From a virus (taxonomy: Duplodnaviria > Caudoviricetes), in the IMG/VR virus record IMGVR_UViG_3300022178_001099, positions 1-28,078 of that record: a DNA stretch of 28,078 bases; one strand, given 5' to 3'. A program made the position numbers and the translations under genes. The stretch's first letter is position 1. The number at the start of each line of letters is the position of its first letter. Below, piece after piece: positions 16,602 to 24,272 of the stretch. A model generated the notes under the pieces. That model was given only the letters and a program-made list of their open reading frames with translations, did no database searches and was not told the DNA's origin.

Positions 16602-18531
16602 TAGCCTGCATTCCTTGTAACATTTTTGCGTAGAGTTGTGCTTGGTTTGCATCGTTGACTAGGCTGTCAGGGTCTATGTCCTGTGAGATAGCCAGTTCGC
16701 GCATCAGGTTTGGTATCTTGATGAACGGAGCTAACATGGGGTTGGCGACGGTTTGCAACAGGGACGTTAGCCGCTGTGTGCGAACCTCTTTCTGCATCAC
16801 GGCTGCAACGCCGCGTGGTTTAATTTCTAGGTCGCCTTGGATGTCTTCTGCTTCCTCGTTGAACTGCATGTTCCACTGGAAGTAGGCTTCGCCCAAGGGC
16901 TTCAAGAGCATATCGTCAATGTTCTTGATGACAGTCTTCATGGACAAGCCAGCAGAACCCATGAGCATGGAAAGGCCAGCGGCGGTTCGCCCAGTTCCGG
17001 TTACACCTGTCTGTCCGTGCATGATTGACGGGATGCCCGTCTCTTCATCAGCAAGCTGACGACTAATCTGGTACATCTGCAGGTTTTCCCCCGCCGTGTT
17101 CGGAAACTTTAAGCCGTTGATGGCTGTGCCTGTAACACCAGACTGCCTACGGAATATCTTTCCGGGGAAGATGTCCATGTTCTGTCCCGGCACGAGACTA
17201 GCTTCATCTACGTCAAAGACGAGGTTGCCTGCAAGGGCGAGGTTGTCGATAGCCATACGAACGTGACCGTTCATTAGCTTCTGAGCATCTTCCATGTTCT
17301 CCGCTACACCGACACCCCAGAGTTGATAGGGGTTGACTTCGTATGGGAAGACTTGATAGGGGATACGGGCGGGTGTGAAGGGATTTAAGACGCAGCGTAT
17401 AACCATGTTGCCGCAAACCCAGACGTTTACCTGAAGCTCGTCGAACTCCGACATGTCTCCAGCACCTTCCAAGCCAACTTCTTCGGCTAGTTTAGCATCT
17501 AAGACACCCCAGTATTCCAAGACCTCGTAGCGGTTGCCTTGGTAGAATGGCTCTGTCTCGTCCTCACGAATAGTGTCCTCGTAGTACTTGTCCTCATAGT
17601 TCGGACCTTTAGCTAGGCACTCTTCGATTGCTTCCGAAATAAAGTGTGGTCGTTTTATCAACGCACGAAGCTGTTGACGGTTCATGCGGTGACGCTCTAT
17701 GACGTACTCGCAGTCATCTATGCTAGTAGCAGAGGGGTCAGGGTGAAAGTCCCATATCGACACCATCTCAATCCGTGGAACGGTCTTCTCATCCGGGTTA
17801 TAAACCCGTTCTCCCTCTTCGTTACGCTCCCACTTGTGGACCCGCTTGTAAAAGTTGAATGGTCCCTTTACAACGCCAGTTCCCAAGAGGGCTGCTTCGA
17901 ACACGGAGTTCCGCATCACGTTCACAGCGTTTGTGTCAGTGAGTTGGTCGTGTATAACTTTTTCCATCCGCAGGGCTGCTTCTTGAGCAGGCTTGAGTTG
18001 CGGTTCGCCTATCCGTGCCGGACCCTCTGCTAGGTCTAGTTGTCCATACTTGGACTCTAGGCCACCTAAGAAGTCACCACCGGGTTTTGCTTGCAAGGCA
18101 CCGGGAGCTAGTTCGCGACCATCTCCTGAGAACCCATAGGGGTCTTGTTCAGTTGCCTCGTCCAAGGGGGTCTTCATGTGGGCAAACTCCGCAATGCCTT
18201 CCGGCACGGGAGTTGATTCCACAACCAAGGGGAACTTCTTGTTTGCGAACAGGATGTCTATTATTTGACCGAACGCAGCAAGAACCTTTGTCTTGGTAAT
18301 TCGAACAAAGACCTTGGACCGTTCGGAATCACGATACTGAGTTGTAGAGTCGTAGATACCCCTGAAGTTTTTGTATGCCTGTAGCCAGCGTTGCTCGTGA
18401 GCAAAACGACCAGTTTCAGCATCCCTAAACTTTGAGGTTACGTATCCTGCAAGACCCGGCATCTGCTCATCAGGAGCGTGTACCGGAACTACCGTGTCAT
18501 CATCCGGTTGGAGAAAGTTATCTTCAGACAT
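16405..18531 (-). CDS. Portal protein
   Basis: 708 aa; RS..FV..TK.KV.AA, GTGV.KGP, DF.PDP.A, PYE..P...WG.GV.E.M.D.Q, RTA.G.SML motifs of P22-like portals. Confidence 0.92.
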   Translation of the reverse strand: MSEDNFLQPDDDTVVPVHAPDEQMPGLAGYVTSKFRDAETGRFAHEQRWLQAYKNFRGIYDSTTQYRDSERSKVFVRITKTKVLAAFGQIIDILFANKKFPLVVESTPVPEGIAEFAHMKTPLDEATEQDPYGFSGDGRELAPGALQAKPGGDFLGGLESKYGQLDLAEGPARIGEPQLKPAQEAALRMEKVIHDQLTDTNAVNVMRNSVFEAALLGTGVVKGPFNFYKRVHKWERNEEGERVYNPDEKTVPRIEMVSIWDFHPDPSATSIDDCEYVIERHRMNRQQLRALIKRPHFISEAIEECLAKGPNYEDKYYEDTIREDETEPFYQGNRYEVLEYWGVLDAKLAEEVGLEGAGDMSEFDELQVNVWVCGNMVIRCVLNPFTPARIPYQVFPYEVNPYQLWGVGVAENMEDAQKLMNGHVRMAIDNLALAGNLVFDVDEASLVPGQNMDIFPGKIFRRQSGVTGTAINGLKFPNTAGENLQMYQISRQLADEETGIPSIMHGQTGVTGTGRTAAGLSMLMGSAGLSMKTVIKNIDDMLLKPLGEAYFQWNMQFNEEAEDIQGDLEIKPRGVAAVMQKEVRTQRLTSLLQTVANPMLAPFIKIPNLMRELAISQDIDPDSLVNDANQAQLYAKMLQGMQANVQQGTGEAGGPAAGPAQDMAGAGGVSPNPEGTDPQGSGNGTIGVGTAPTAGESGFTGNAPSVEG

Positions 18532-18539
18532 GTAGAGTC

Positions 18540-18764
18540 CTAGCTAAAGTAGTTTCTGTCTTCTGCCATTGTGTTAAATGAAGCTTCTACAGTAGGCTTG
18601 GTTTGCTTCTTGGGCATATCTTCTGTGATTGGGCCTGTCTTTACACGAGTGTTAAACTCAAGACCTTCACGGTATAGTTTTGATGCACCCTCATCTGTAT
18701 CGACGCTGACTTTATCAGAGTTCATTACATAGGCTGCACCGTAGTTGTAGTTATTGTCTGGCAT
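18540..18764 (-). CDS. Hypothetical protein (74 aa), probably virion-associated
   Basis: RBS GGAGG; located between the recombinase-like gene and the portal gene. Confidence 0.7.
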   Translation of the reverse strand: MPDNNYNYGAAYVMNSDKVSVDTDEGASKLYREGLEFNTRVKTGPITEDMPKKQTKPTVEASFNTMAEDRNYFS

Positions 18765-18773
18765 CTCTGCCTC

Positions 18774-20414
18774 CTAGTTAACGGAAAGAAAGCCTTGGTC
18801 TTGGGCAGGGGCGGCTTGAGGAACCCTGTCCGGTTCTGGAATCATGCCAGAATCCTGTGTGGCAACTCGTGCCATTATGTCTTCGTCTGTTTCCTCTACC
18901 TCTCTGGCAGGGATAAAGTCTGTTCGCGGGGGTGGCATCTCTGATAGTTCGGGACCAGCAGTAGCTGTCGAGTCCAAAATCATGGGCAAAGCTCCGGCAA
19001 CACCTGCTCCCACACGTGCAGCTAAACCAACTCCTTCTATAGCCAAGTCCCGTGCCATTGCTGCGCCAGCCCCTTCGGGGTCACGAGCAGCTTCGTAAAG
19101 ACCCGTTCCAAGTAGGGCAGCCCCACCAGCTTTAATTGTAGTGTCAATTTTCTTACCTATGTTTTTAACCAGACCATCCCAGTCCAACCCTTTACTAGAA
19201 AGTTCTTCTTGTAAGTTGCTAGAGGTTACATTCTTGTCTATGTTGTCTGTGGACTTGAGAGTAGTGGGAACCTCTTCACGAACCGGGAGTTCGAAGTAGC
19301 CTTCATATCCTGCAGTCTGGGTTGTGATACGGGTTTCTGGCATCGGAATCTTGGATTTAATGTCAAACCCTGCTTCCTTGGCAGCGTCCCCCCAGAAACT
19401 AGCAAACATATTGGCGTTCTGGCGGTCAACTTCACCAACTGCACCCGGAAATGCCTGCTGGTAGGTTGTGAGTTCTCCTGTACTGCTCTTACCGGCTGAC
19501 TTGAGACTACGACCCTGCAAGAAAGCTAGGCGGTCTTGGTCTACACCAATTGATTGTCCCACGGTAGCGTGGATGTTACGCAAAAGGGCCGAACCCTTCT
19601 TACCTGTAAAGCCAGCAGGGGCTAGTGTATCAAAATATTTACCCGTAGCAGCATCAAAGGCAATGTCTTTTACCTTGACATCCTTTAAAAGGTCTGTCAT
19701 ATCGCTAGATGTAACTACCTTGCCGTTTGGTTTAACAAAGAAGTTTTCTTTGTTTCCTGAAGCTAGACTATCCTGTAGGATACTGTCTGCAATAGGGTTC
19801 AAGGGGATATTTACAGGACGGCCCTTTGCACCCTTGGTTTCTGCCTCAATATAGATAGCACCACTATCAGGTTTATATGCAGTTACCTGAAGACCAGCAG
19901 CAGCGTTAGGACGAAGGCCAGTATTGAGGTTAAAAATAATTGCTTGGGCAGTGGCTTTGGTATTAGGGTTGTCAAGATACTTAGAAACACCTGCGAACAA
20001 CTGGCTCATCTTAGCTTTATCTGGGTTGATTGCAACCTCTGATGCAGCTTTAGCAGGTTCGCTACGCCCAAAGATACGATTGTTTACATCTGTGTTCGGG
20101 GCTTTGTCTGGTAACAGCTTGTATTCTGGTGTGTCAGGACCGACGGACTCTTTTAAGGTTAAACCAACTTGGCGAAGGTTTTGCATCGCTGTCTTGACGG
20201 TCGATGTATCTTCTGTACCTTTAAAAGTCTTGGAAAGAAGGGTAACCCCTTCAGGGTCCTTTTCGAACAGCCGTAGGGCAGAGCCGGGTTCGTCTGCAAT
20301 GTCTTTAAAGAATTGTAATGAAGAAGTAACAAACGCCTTCCCCCGCTTCGACTTCTCAGCGTAAGCTTCAGCAACTTCACGAAGGGTTGCGGTTTTTGGG
20401 TCGAGGTCTGCCAT
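18774..20414 (-). CDS. Tyrosine recombinase-fold protein with altered active site and long C-terminal extension
   Basis: NTGLRP (R168), ETKG (K194)...V.IPL, ALLR (R279; H replaced by A), LQGR (R302 at the H/W position), TTY (Y318); start overlaps the terL stop (TAATG). Confidence 0.72.
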   Translation of the reverse strand: MADLDPKTATLREVAEAYAEKSKRGKAFVTSSLQFFKDIADEPGSALRLFEKDPEGVTLLSKTFKGTEDTSTVKTAMQNLRQVGLTLKESVGPDTPEYKLLPDKAPNTDVNNRIFGRSEPAKAASEVAINPDKAKMSQLFAGVSKYLDNPNTKATAQAIIFNLNTGLRPNAAAGLQVTAYKPDSGAIYIEAETKGAKGRPVNIPLNPIADSILQDSLASGNKENFFVKPNGKVVTSSDMTDLLKDVKVKDIAFDAATGKYFDTLAPAGFTGKKGSALLRNIHATVGQSIGVDQDRLAFLQGRSLKSAGKSSTGELTTYQQAFPGAVGEVDRQNANMFASFWGDAAKEAGFDIKSKIPMPETRITTQTAGYEGYFELPVREEVPTTLKSTDNIDKNVTSSNLQEELSSKGLDWDGLVKNIGKKIDTTIKAGGAALLGTGLYEAARDPEGAGAAMARDLAIEGVGLAARVGAGVAGALPMILDSTATAGPELSEMPPPRTDFIPAREVEETDEDIMARVATQDSGMIPEPDRVPQAAPAQDQGFLSVN

Positions 20415-22135
20415 TAGTATCCAAACGTAGCATCATAGGGCTGGAAGGCTTGGTCTTTGATGCCCTGCAGTTGTTTGTGTATCGAAGTGTATCCGCTGGT
20501 TCGCGTCATAACCATATATCGCAACGCATCGTAGGCATGGTCCTCTGCTCTCGTGTCTACATCTTCACTGTTAGTTTTGGAGAGTGGAATGCCCGATAGC
20601 TGTGCAATGATATGCTTACAAGTGGAAAAGATTCGCATACGGGGTTCATTAGAGTGGGGGTCGTCAGCAAGCCGCCTGTGTAGTTCCATTTTTCCTTGTA
20701 GACGATTGCGGTCGGATGGAGTCCACCTAACCCCGGCCCTCATCATAGTCTCTGCGATAGAAGGGCCGAATCCGGTCTTGTTCCAGCATGAAGAGTCTAG
20801 GACCGTATAATGAGGTAACGGGTCCAACTCCTCACATTCTAATATTTTATCAGCTAATTGCTCTGCTGTCAAGTGTTTTACGTAAAGTTCGCGATAAATC
20901 CAAATATTGTTATCCCAATCAATAGCACCCCACAGGACACACGACGGCGACGAGTAGCCATAGTCGGCGGCACGTATGCGAGGCCAGTTCGTGGGAAGCT
21001 CAAAATGTTCGACCACATGTCGTACCCTCGAAAACTCTGGGAAGGCCGCTCCCTCTGCCACATCCCAGTCCCCTTCTAGGAGTCGTCTACGCTCGACATC
21101 CGGGAGTGACCGAAGCATGGCCTCATACTGACCATCTGCCATCAGGAAGGGGTTGTCAGTCAACCTCGCTGGGATAAACTTGCGGTAGAATAGGGGTTGA
21201 CCTGCTTTTGGATGGTTGTCAGGCCACACAAAGGTTCGACCTGTTTCTAAGTCTTTAGCCCCGAACGCCTTGTTCTGTTCGTGGGCATCAATGTACATCT
21301 TCTTGACCCACCAGCCGCCAACACCACCGGGGTTCGCTGTGCAGCGCATGGTTAGGTTCTTCTGTAGTTCAGGGTCCGTCGAACGAAGACGAGAACGAAG
21401 ATAGTCCCAGACGTAGCTGCTGGGGTACTGTGTTATTTCATCTATGCCAATCCAGTTAAACGCCTGTCCCTGAAAACGGGTGACATCCTTATCTCTGTCG
21501 AGATAGGTAAACCACATGGTTGCACCGGATGGAAAGACCCACGTTGACTTGGACTCTCTAAAGTGTGCGCCGGGAAATGCCTTGGGGTATAGCTGCTTCG
21601 ACTTGTCGATGAGTTCCGTTAGTTCGTCGAGCGTTCGCCGGAGAAGAAGGCCACGATGGTTGGGATTATGGCAATAGCGTAGGGGGTCAGCAAGTAAAGC
21701 AAATGACTTGCCACCGCCAGCGGCCCCGCCATAAAGTACATCCTGTTCGGAAGCCGAAAGAAAGTCCTCTTGAGGTCCTTCATTAGGTTTGAAAATGACA
21801 GGGGTATCATCTATTAGGTCCGTAACTGCTGGGGGTAATACGTCTAAGTCTGCAGCATCTACCACACGGGTCTTGTTTCCGTTTAGGGCATTCTCTACAT
21901 TCTTGGCTGCGCTGGTCAGGTCACGAACCTTGCGACGGTTCCGGGCTGTCTTCACATCCTGCTTGACCTGCTTCTTCTTGGCATTCTTTAGCTTCATCTG
22001 CACAGAACGCCGCGCACGTTCCCGGTCACTAATCTTGTGTGTGGTCTTGGGTTCGCCGGGTCTTTTCTTAGGTCTGCCGACCTTGCCTAGGTCTTCTGGG
22101 TTCGGGGGGACTAGGACTCTTTTGCGTGGGGCCAC
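20414..22135 (-). CDS. terL: Terminase large subunit
   Basis: Q motif, Walker A YGGAAGGGKS, Walker B IGIDE, TANPGG, nuclease ADYG and DHAYDALRY; ~110 aa basic N-terminal extension. Confidence 0.95.
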   Translation of the reverse strand: MAPRKRVLVPPNPEDLGKVGRPKKRPGEPKTTHKISDRERARRSVQMKLKNAKKKQVKQDVKTARNRRKVRDLTSAAKNVENALNGNKTRVVDAADLDVLPPAVTDLIDDTPVIFKPNEGPQEDFLSASEQDVLYGGAAGGGKSFALLADPLRYCHNPNHRGLLLRRTLDELTELIDKSKQLYPKAFPGAHFRESKSTWVFPSGATMWFTYLDRDKDVTRFQGQAFNWIGIDEITQYPSSYVWDYLRSRLRSTDPELQKNLTMRCTANPGGVGGWWVKKMYIDAHEQNKAFGAKDLETGRTFVWPDNHPKAGQPLFYRKFIPARLTDNPFLMADGQYEAMLRSLPDVERRRLLEGDWDVAEGAAFPEFSRVRHVVEHFELPTNWPRIRAADYGYSSPSCVLWGAIDWDNNIWIYRELYVKHLTAEQLADKILECEELDPLPHYTVLDSSCWNKTGFGPSIAETMMRAGVRWTPSDRNRLQGKMELHRRLADDPHSNEPRMRIFSTCKHIIAQLSGIPLSKTNSEDVDTRAEDHAYDALRYMVMTRTSGYTSIHKQLQGIKDQAFQPYDATFGY

Positions 22136-22138
22136 GGG

Positions 22139-22402
22139 CTAGGCTTTTTCTGCACTACTTGCAGCTTTGCGGCCTTTACATGCTGACATCTTCTTCACGC
22201 CGCCCTTGGGAGTGCCATAGCGGTAGCCGGGAACCTTGCCGCCCTTGGCTTTGGCTCCACGTATCTTGTCGTACATGGATTTAATCTCACCAGCTTCAGC
22301 ATCGCTGTCTGCTTCTTTGAGCATCTTTTTTATAAACTCTTCGTACTCTTGATTGCTCATGTCCTGAATGTTGCTTCGCATTGCGTTTCTTGCTAGTTCC
22401 AT
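22139..22402 (-). CDS. Small hypothetical protein with GGKVPGY and RKAAxSAEK motifs
   Basis: 87 aa between terS and terL; RBS AAGG. Confidence 0.7.
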   Translation of the reverse strand: MELARNAMRSNIQDMSNQEYEEFIKKMLKEADSDAEAGEIKSMYDKIRGAKAKGGKVPGYRYGTPKGGVKKMSACKGRKAASSAEKA

Positions 22403-22406
22403 AACC

Positions 22407-22808
22407 TTATCCGTCTATGACGACCTCTTTCTTGGGTGGCAACAGGACAACCCCGTGGATTGCCTGTACGTTGTGGTTCATTGTTTCCTGTTTTGCGATA
22501 CCAACGCGGTTCAGGATGGATTCTGCTGCCTTCATACGAAGGTCGTCCCCGCGTTCGATGTCAGGAGCCGTTACGAGGCTTGCTAACTTGTTCGCGGCTG
22601 ACAGGGAGTGGCCTGCTAACATGGTTTTGGTACGCTCTATAATCTCATCGGCTAGGCGTTCCTTTAGCCAGCCCACGGATTTGGGAGAATAGCCCACGAT
22701 TTCGGCAGCAACGGACATATTGCCGTTGTTTTCGAACAGGACATCCAAGAACTGCTCCTGTTTCTCTGTCAGGGCAGCTTTTTTATTCGTCTGGGGTAGT
22801 AAGTTCAT
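22407..22808 (-). CDS. terS: Terminase small subunit
   Basis: N-terminal HTH LTEKQ.QFL......GN...AA...GYS; C-terminal RMKAAESILNRVG and GVVLLP.K; upstream of terL. Confidence 0.8.
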   Translation of the reverse strand: MNLLPQTNKKAALTEKQEQFLDVLFENNGNMSVAAEIVGYSPKSVGWLKERLADEIIERTKTMLAGHSLSAANKLASLVTAPDIERGDDLRMKAAESILNRVGIAKQETMNHNVQAIHGVVLLPPKKEVVIDG

Positions 22809-22814
22809 GGGGAT

Positions 22815-23015
22815 TTAGGTTTGTAGGGCCTCTGGGGCTGTACACTTCCACCTTATGTTTAGGTCGAACAGGTTTACCTCTATCGCAAACTCTGCCATTT
22901 CGTCGATACGTCTCATGCAGTCTACCTCATTGGTGTAGGGACCTCGTGTGTCACTCAACTCAACACATTCTTCGGGTGCTGCAGCTAGGCATATCAGTAA
23001 AATAGCTTCGAACAT
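22815..23015 (-). CDS. Small Cys-containing protein with hydrophobic N-terminus (66 aa)
   Basis: Start reassigned to ATG 23015 (RBS CAGGA, downstream of the promoter): MFEAILLICL...GPYTNEVDC...WKC. Confidence 0.7.
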   Translation of the reverse strand: MFEAILLICLAAAPEECVELSDTRGPYTNEVDCMRRIDEMAEFAIEVNLFDLNIRWKCTAPEALQT

Positions 23016-23049
23016 GGGGTTTTCCTGCGAACCGTTGTCATACCCTTGT

Positions 23050-23078
23050 ATTATGGCGGCTTTTGCAACCTCTGTCAA
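23050..23078 (-). promoter_or_regulatory. sigma70 promoter TTGACA-N17-CATAAT driving the packaging/structural operon
   Basis: -35 at 23073-23078, -10 at 23050-23055. Confidence 0.75.
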
Positions 23079-23128
23079 CCTGTTTTCAGCATGGTTTATA
23101 GAAAAATAACCAAAAATGAAAAAACCTG

Positions 23129-23157
23129 TTGACAAATCGGGAATTTGACGCTACTAT
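23129..23157 (+). promoter_or_regulatory. Divergent sigma70 promoter TTGACA-N17-TACTAT with A-rich UP element
   Basis: Near-consensus hexamers, 17 nt spacer, A-tracts at 23100-23124. Confidence 0.75.
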
Positions 23158-23163
23158 AGGACC

Positions 23164-23253
23164 TAGTCCTGCCGGGGTAAACCCCCTATGTACCCTGCAG
23201 GGTCCCCTAATGGTTCGCAAAATGGTCCCCGCTGGTTCTCCGGTGGGGTTTTT
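23164..23253 (+). ncRNA. Candidate ~90 nt phage small RNA
   Basis: Bounded by the + strand promoter and a + strand terminator; internal hairpins; no RBS-led complete ORF inside. Confidence 0.5.
23227..23253 (+). terminator. Rho-independent terminator
   Basis: CCCCGCTGG-TTCT-CCGGTGGGG-TTTTT; two G-U pairs form only on the + strand. Confidence 0.75.
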
Positions 23254-23629
23254 CTGTTGGGTACCCTAGAGGTTCGCAAAATACCCTGTATGGATAACCT
23301 TAAAATTACAAAAAATATGTCGGGTTTGCATAGCAAGTGCCGGGGGGGTGGGGTGTCCCTCGCGTACCCGCGCACAGCCAAATATTTTTATAATTAGGAT
23401 ACCTCACCGAGACCTTGACGCATACCGAAAGCACCGGCAACCCCGCGAACACATACGAAACCCCTCGAACATGCGCCCGCACCCGCGCCCGCGTTGCCTG
23501 ATTTGTCATGCCGGTTACTATCTGGGGTGGCCTTTCGGTTAAGGGAATATATACAAACACGGCTAAACCACACCGCCGAATAACCACGGGATTACCGCCA
23601 GTTAACCCGCATTAATATATGCCGGACAT

Positions 23630-23658
23630 AAAAAGACCCCCGCCGGATAGACGGGGGC
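23630..23658 (-). terminator. Rho-independent terminator ending the early region
   Basis: GCCCCCGTC-TATCC-GGCGGGGGT-CTTTTT. Confidence 0.8.
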
Positions 23659-23713
23659 AAGGTTATGGGGCTGTTCAAGGGAGGAAAGCCAGCCCCGACG
23701 GGTTCGCGGGAGG

Positions 23714-24103
23714 CTACGCTACAAGCCTATATTTCGGCTTGGTTCCCTGCCGGTTACATTCGATGGTATAGCCCCGCTGCCGAAGCTGTTGAATGCCTTG
23801 GTGGACGCTGACCGGTGTCATGCCGGAATGCCTGACAAGGGTGTCGCGGTTGACAGCATAGGTTCGCGAAGCTAGGCAACCATGCAACCGGCCAAGCTTG
23901 CTATTAGGCTTGGGTCGTTTGATGCGGGTCTGTTCCCCATTCCGGTCTGCAAAGATATCGGCAAGGAACCGCCTTGCGTCGGCTTCGCGTTCGGATGCCA
24001 TTCGGGTTAGGATATTGTGCCGCTCATCCATGCGGATTGCTTCCTCTATCCGGGCTTCGATGCTATGCAGGTCGGCTCTTAACTTCGATGGTAAATTAAA
24101 CAT
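23714..24103 (-). CDS. Winged helix-turn-helix DNA-binding protein
   Basis: C-terminal L...L......V.R..L....GMT..SV...I.QLR..GY.I......Y.L is HTH_11/BirA-like. Confidence 0.7.
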   Translation of the reverse strand: MFNLPSKLRADLHSIEARIEEAIRMDERHNILTRMASEREADARRFLADIFADRNGEQTRIKRPKPNSKLGRLHGCLASRTYAVNRDTLVRHSGMTPVSVHQGIQQLRQRGYTIECNRQGTKPKYRLVA

Positions 24104-24140
24104 GGTTTCGGTTCTTTCCGCCCCTCAGGGCTTTGGTGGT

Positions 24141-24221
24141 TCAAACAATAAAGACCGCATATATTATAGAGATTATCAAGAGAACGGTCAGGCTCCGATA
24201 AATTACATATAAGGCTTCCAT
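24141..24221 (-). CDS. Tiny hydrophobic membrane peptide (26 aa)
   Basis: MEALYVIYRSLTVLLIISIIYAVFIV; leader GAAAGATAACCA-ATG resembles those of neighbouring early genes. Confidence 0.5.
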   Translation of the reverse strand: MEALYVIYRSLTVLLIISIIYAVFIV

Positions 24222-24272
24222 TGGTTATCTTTCATATCACAAAGAAGATTAAGAAAAGCAGCAACGATTCAA

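Noticed and set aside
18774-20414. Calling this a canonical integrase/prophage marker or a protelomerase
   Set aside because: Both catalytic His positions are altered; no att/tRNA, repressor or host genes are seen; and no long perfect palindrome (telRL-type) was found in the window.
416-22692. Numerous plus-strand ORFs in the track (e.g. 696..1127, 1494..1952, 19924..20364)
   Set aside because: They are antisense shadows of well-supported minus-strand genes, with no RBS or recognisable motifs.
23163-23587. ORFs on both strands in the junction region
   Set aside because: No RBS, they cross terminators and repeats, and their composition is not protein-like.
23016-23713. tRNA or known ribozyme in the intergenic region
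   Set aside because: GGTTCG occurs, but no cloverleaf could be built and no hammerhead core was seen.
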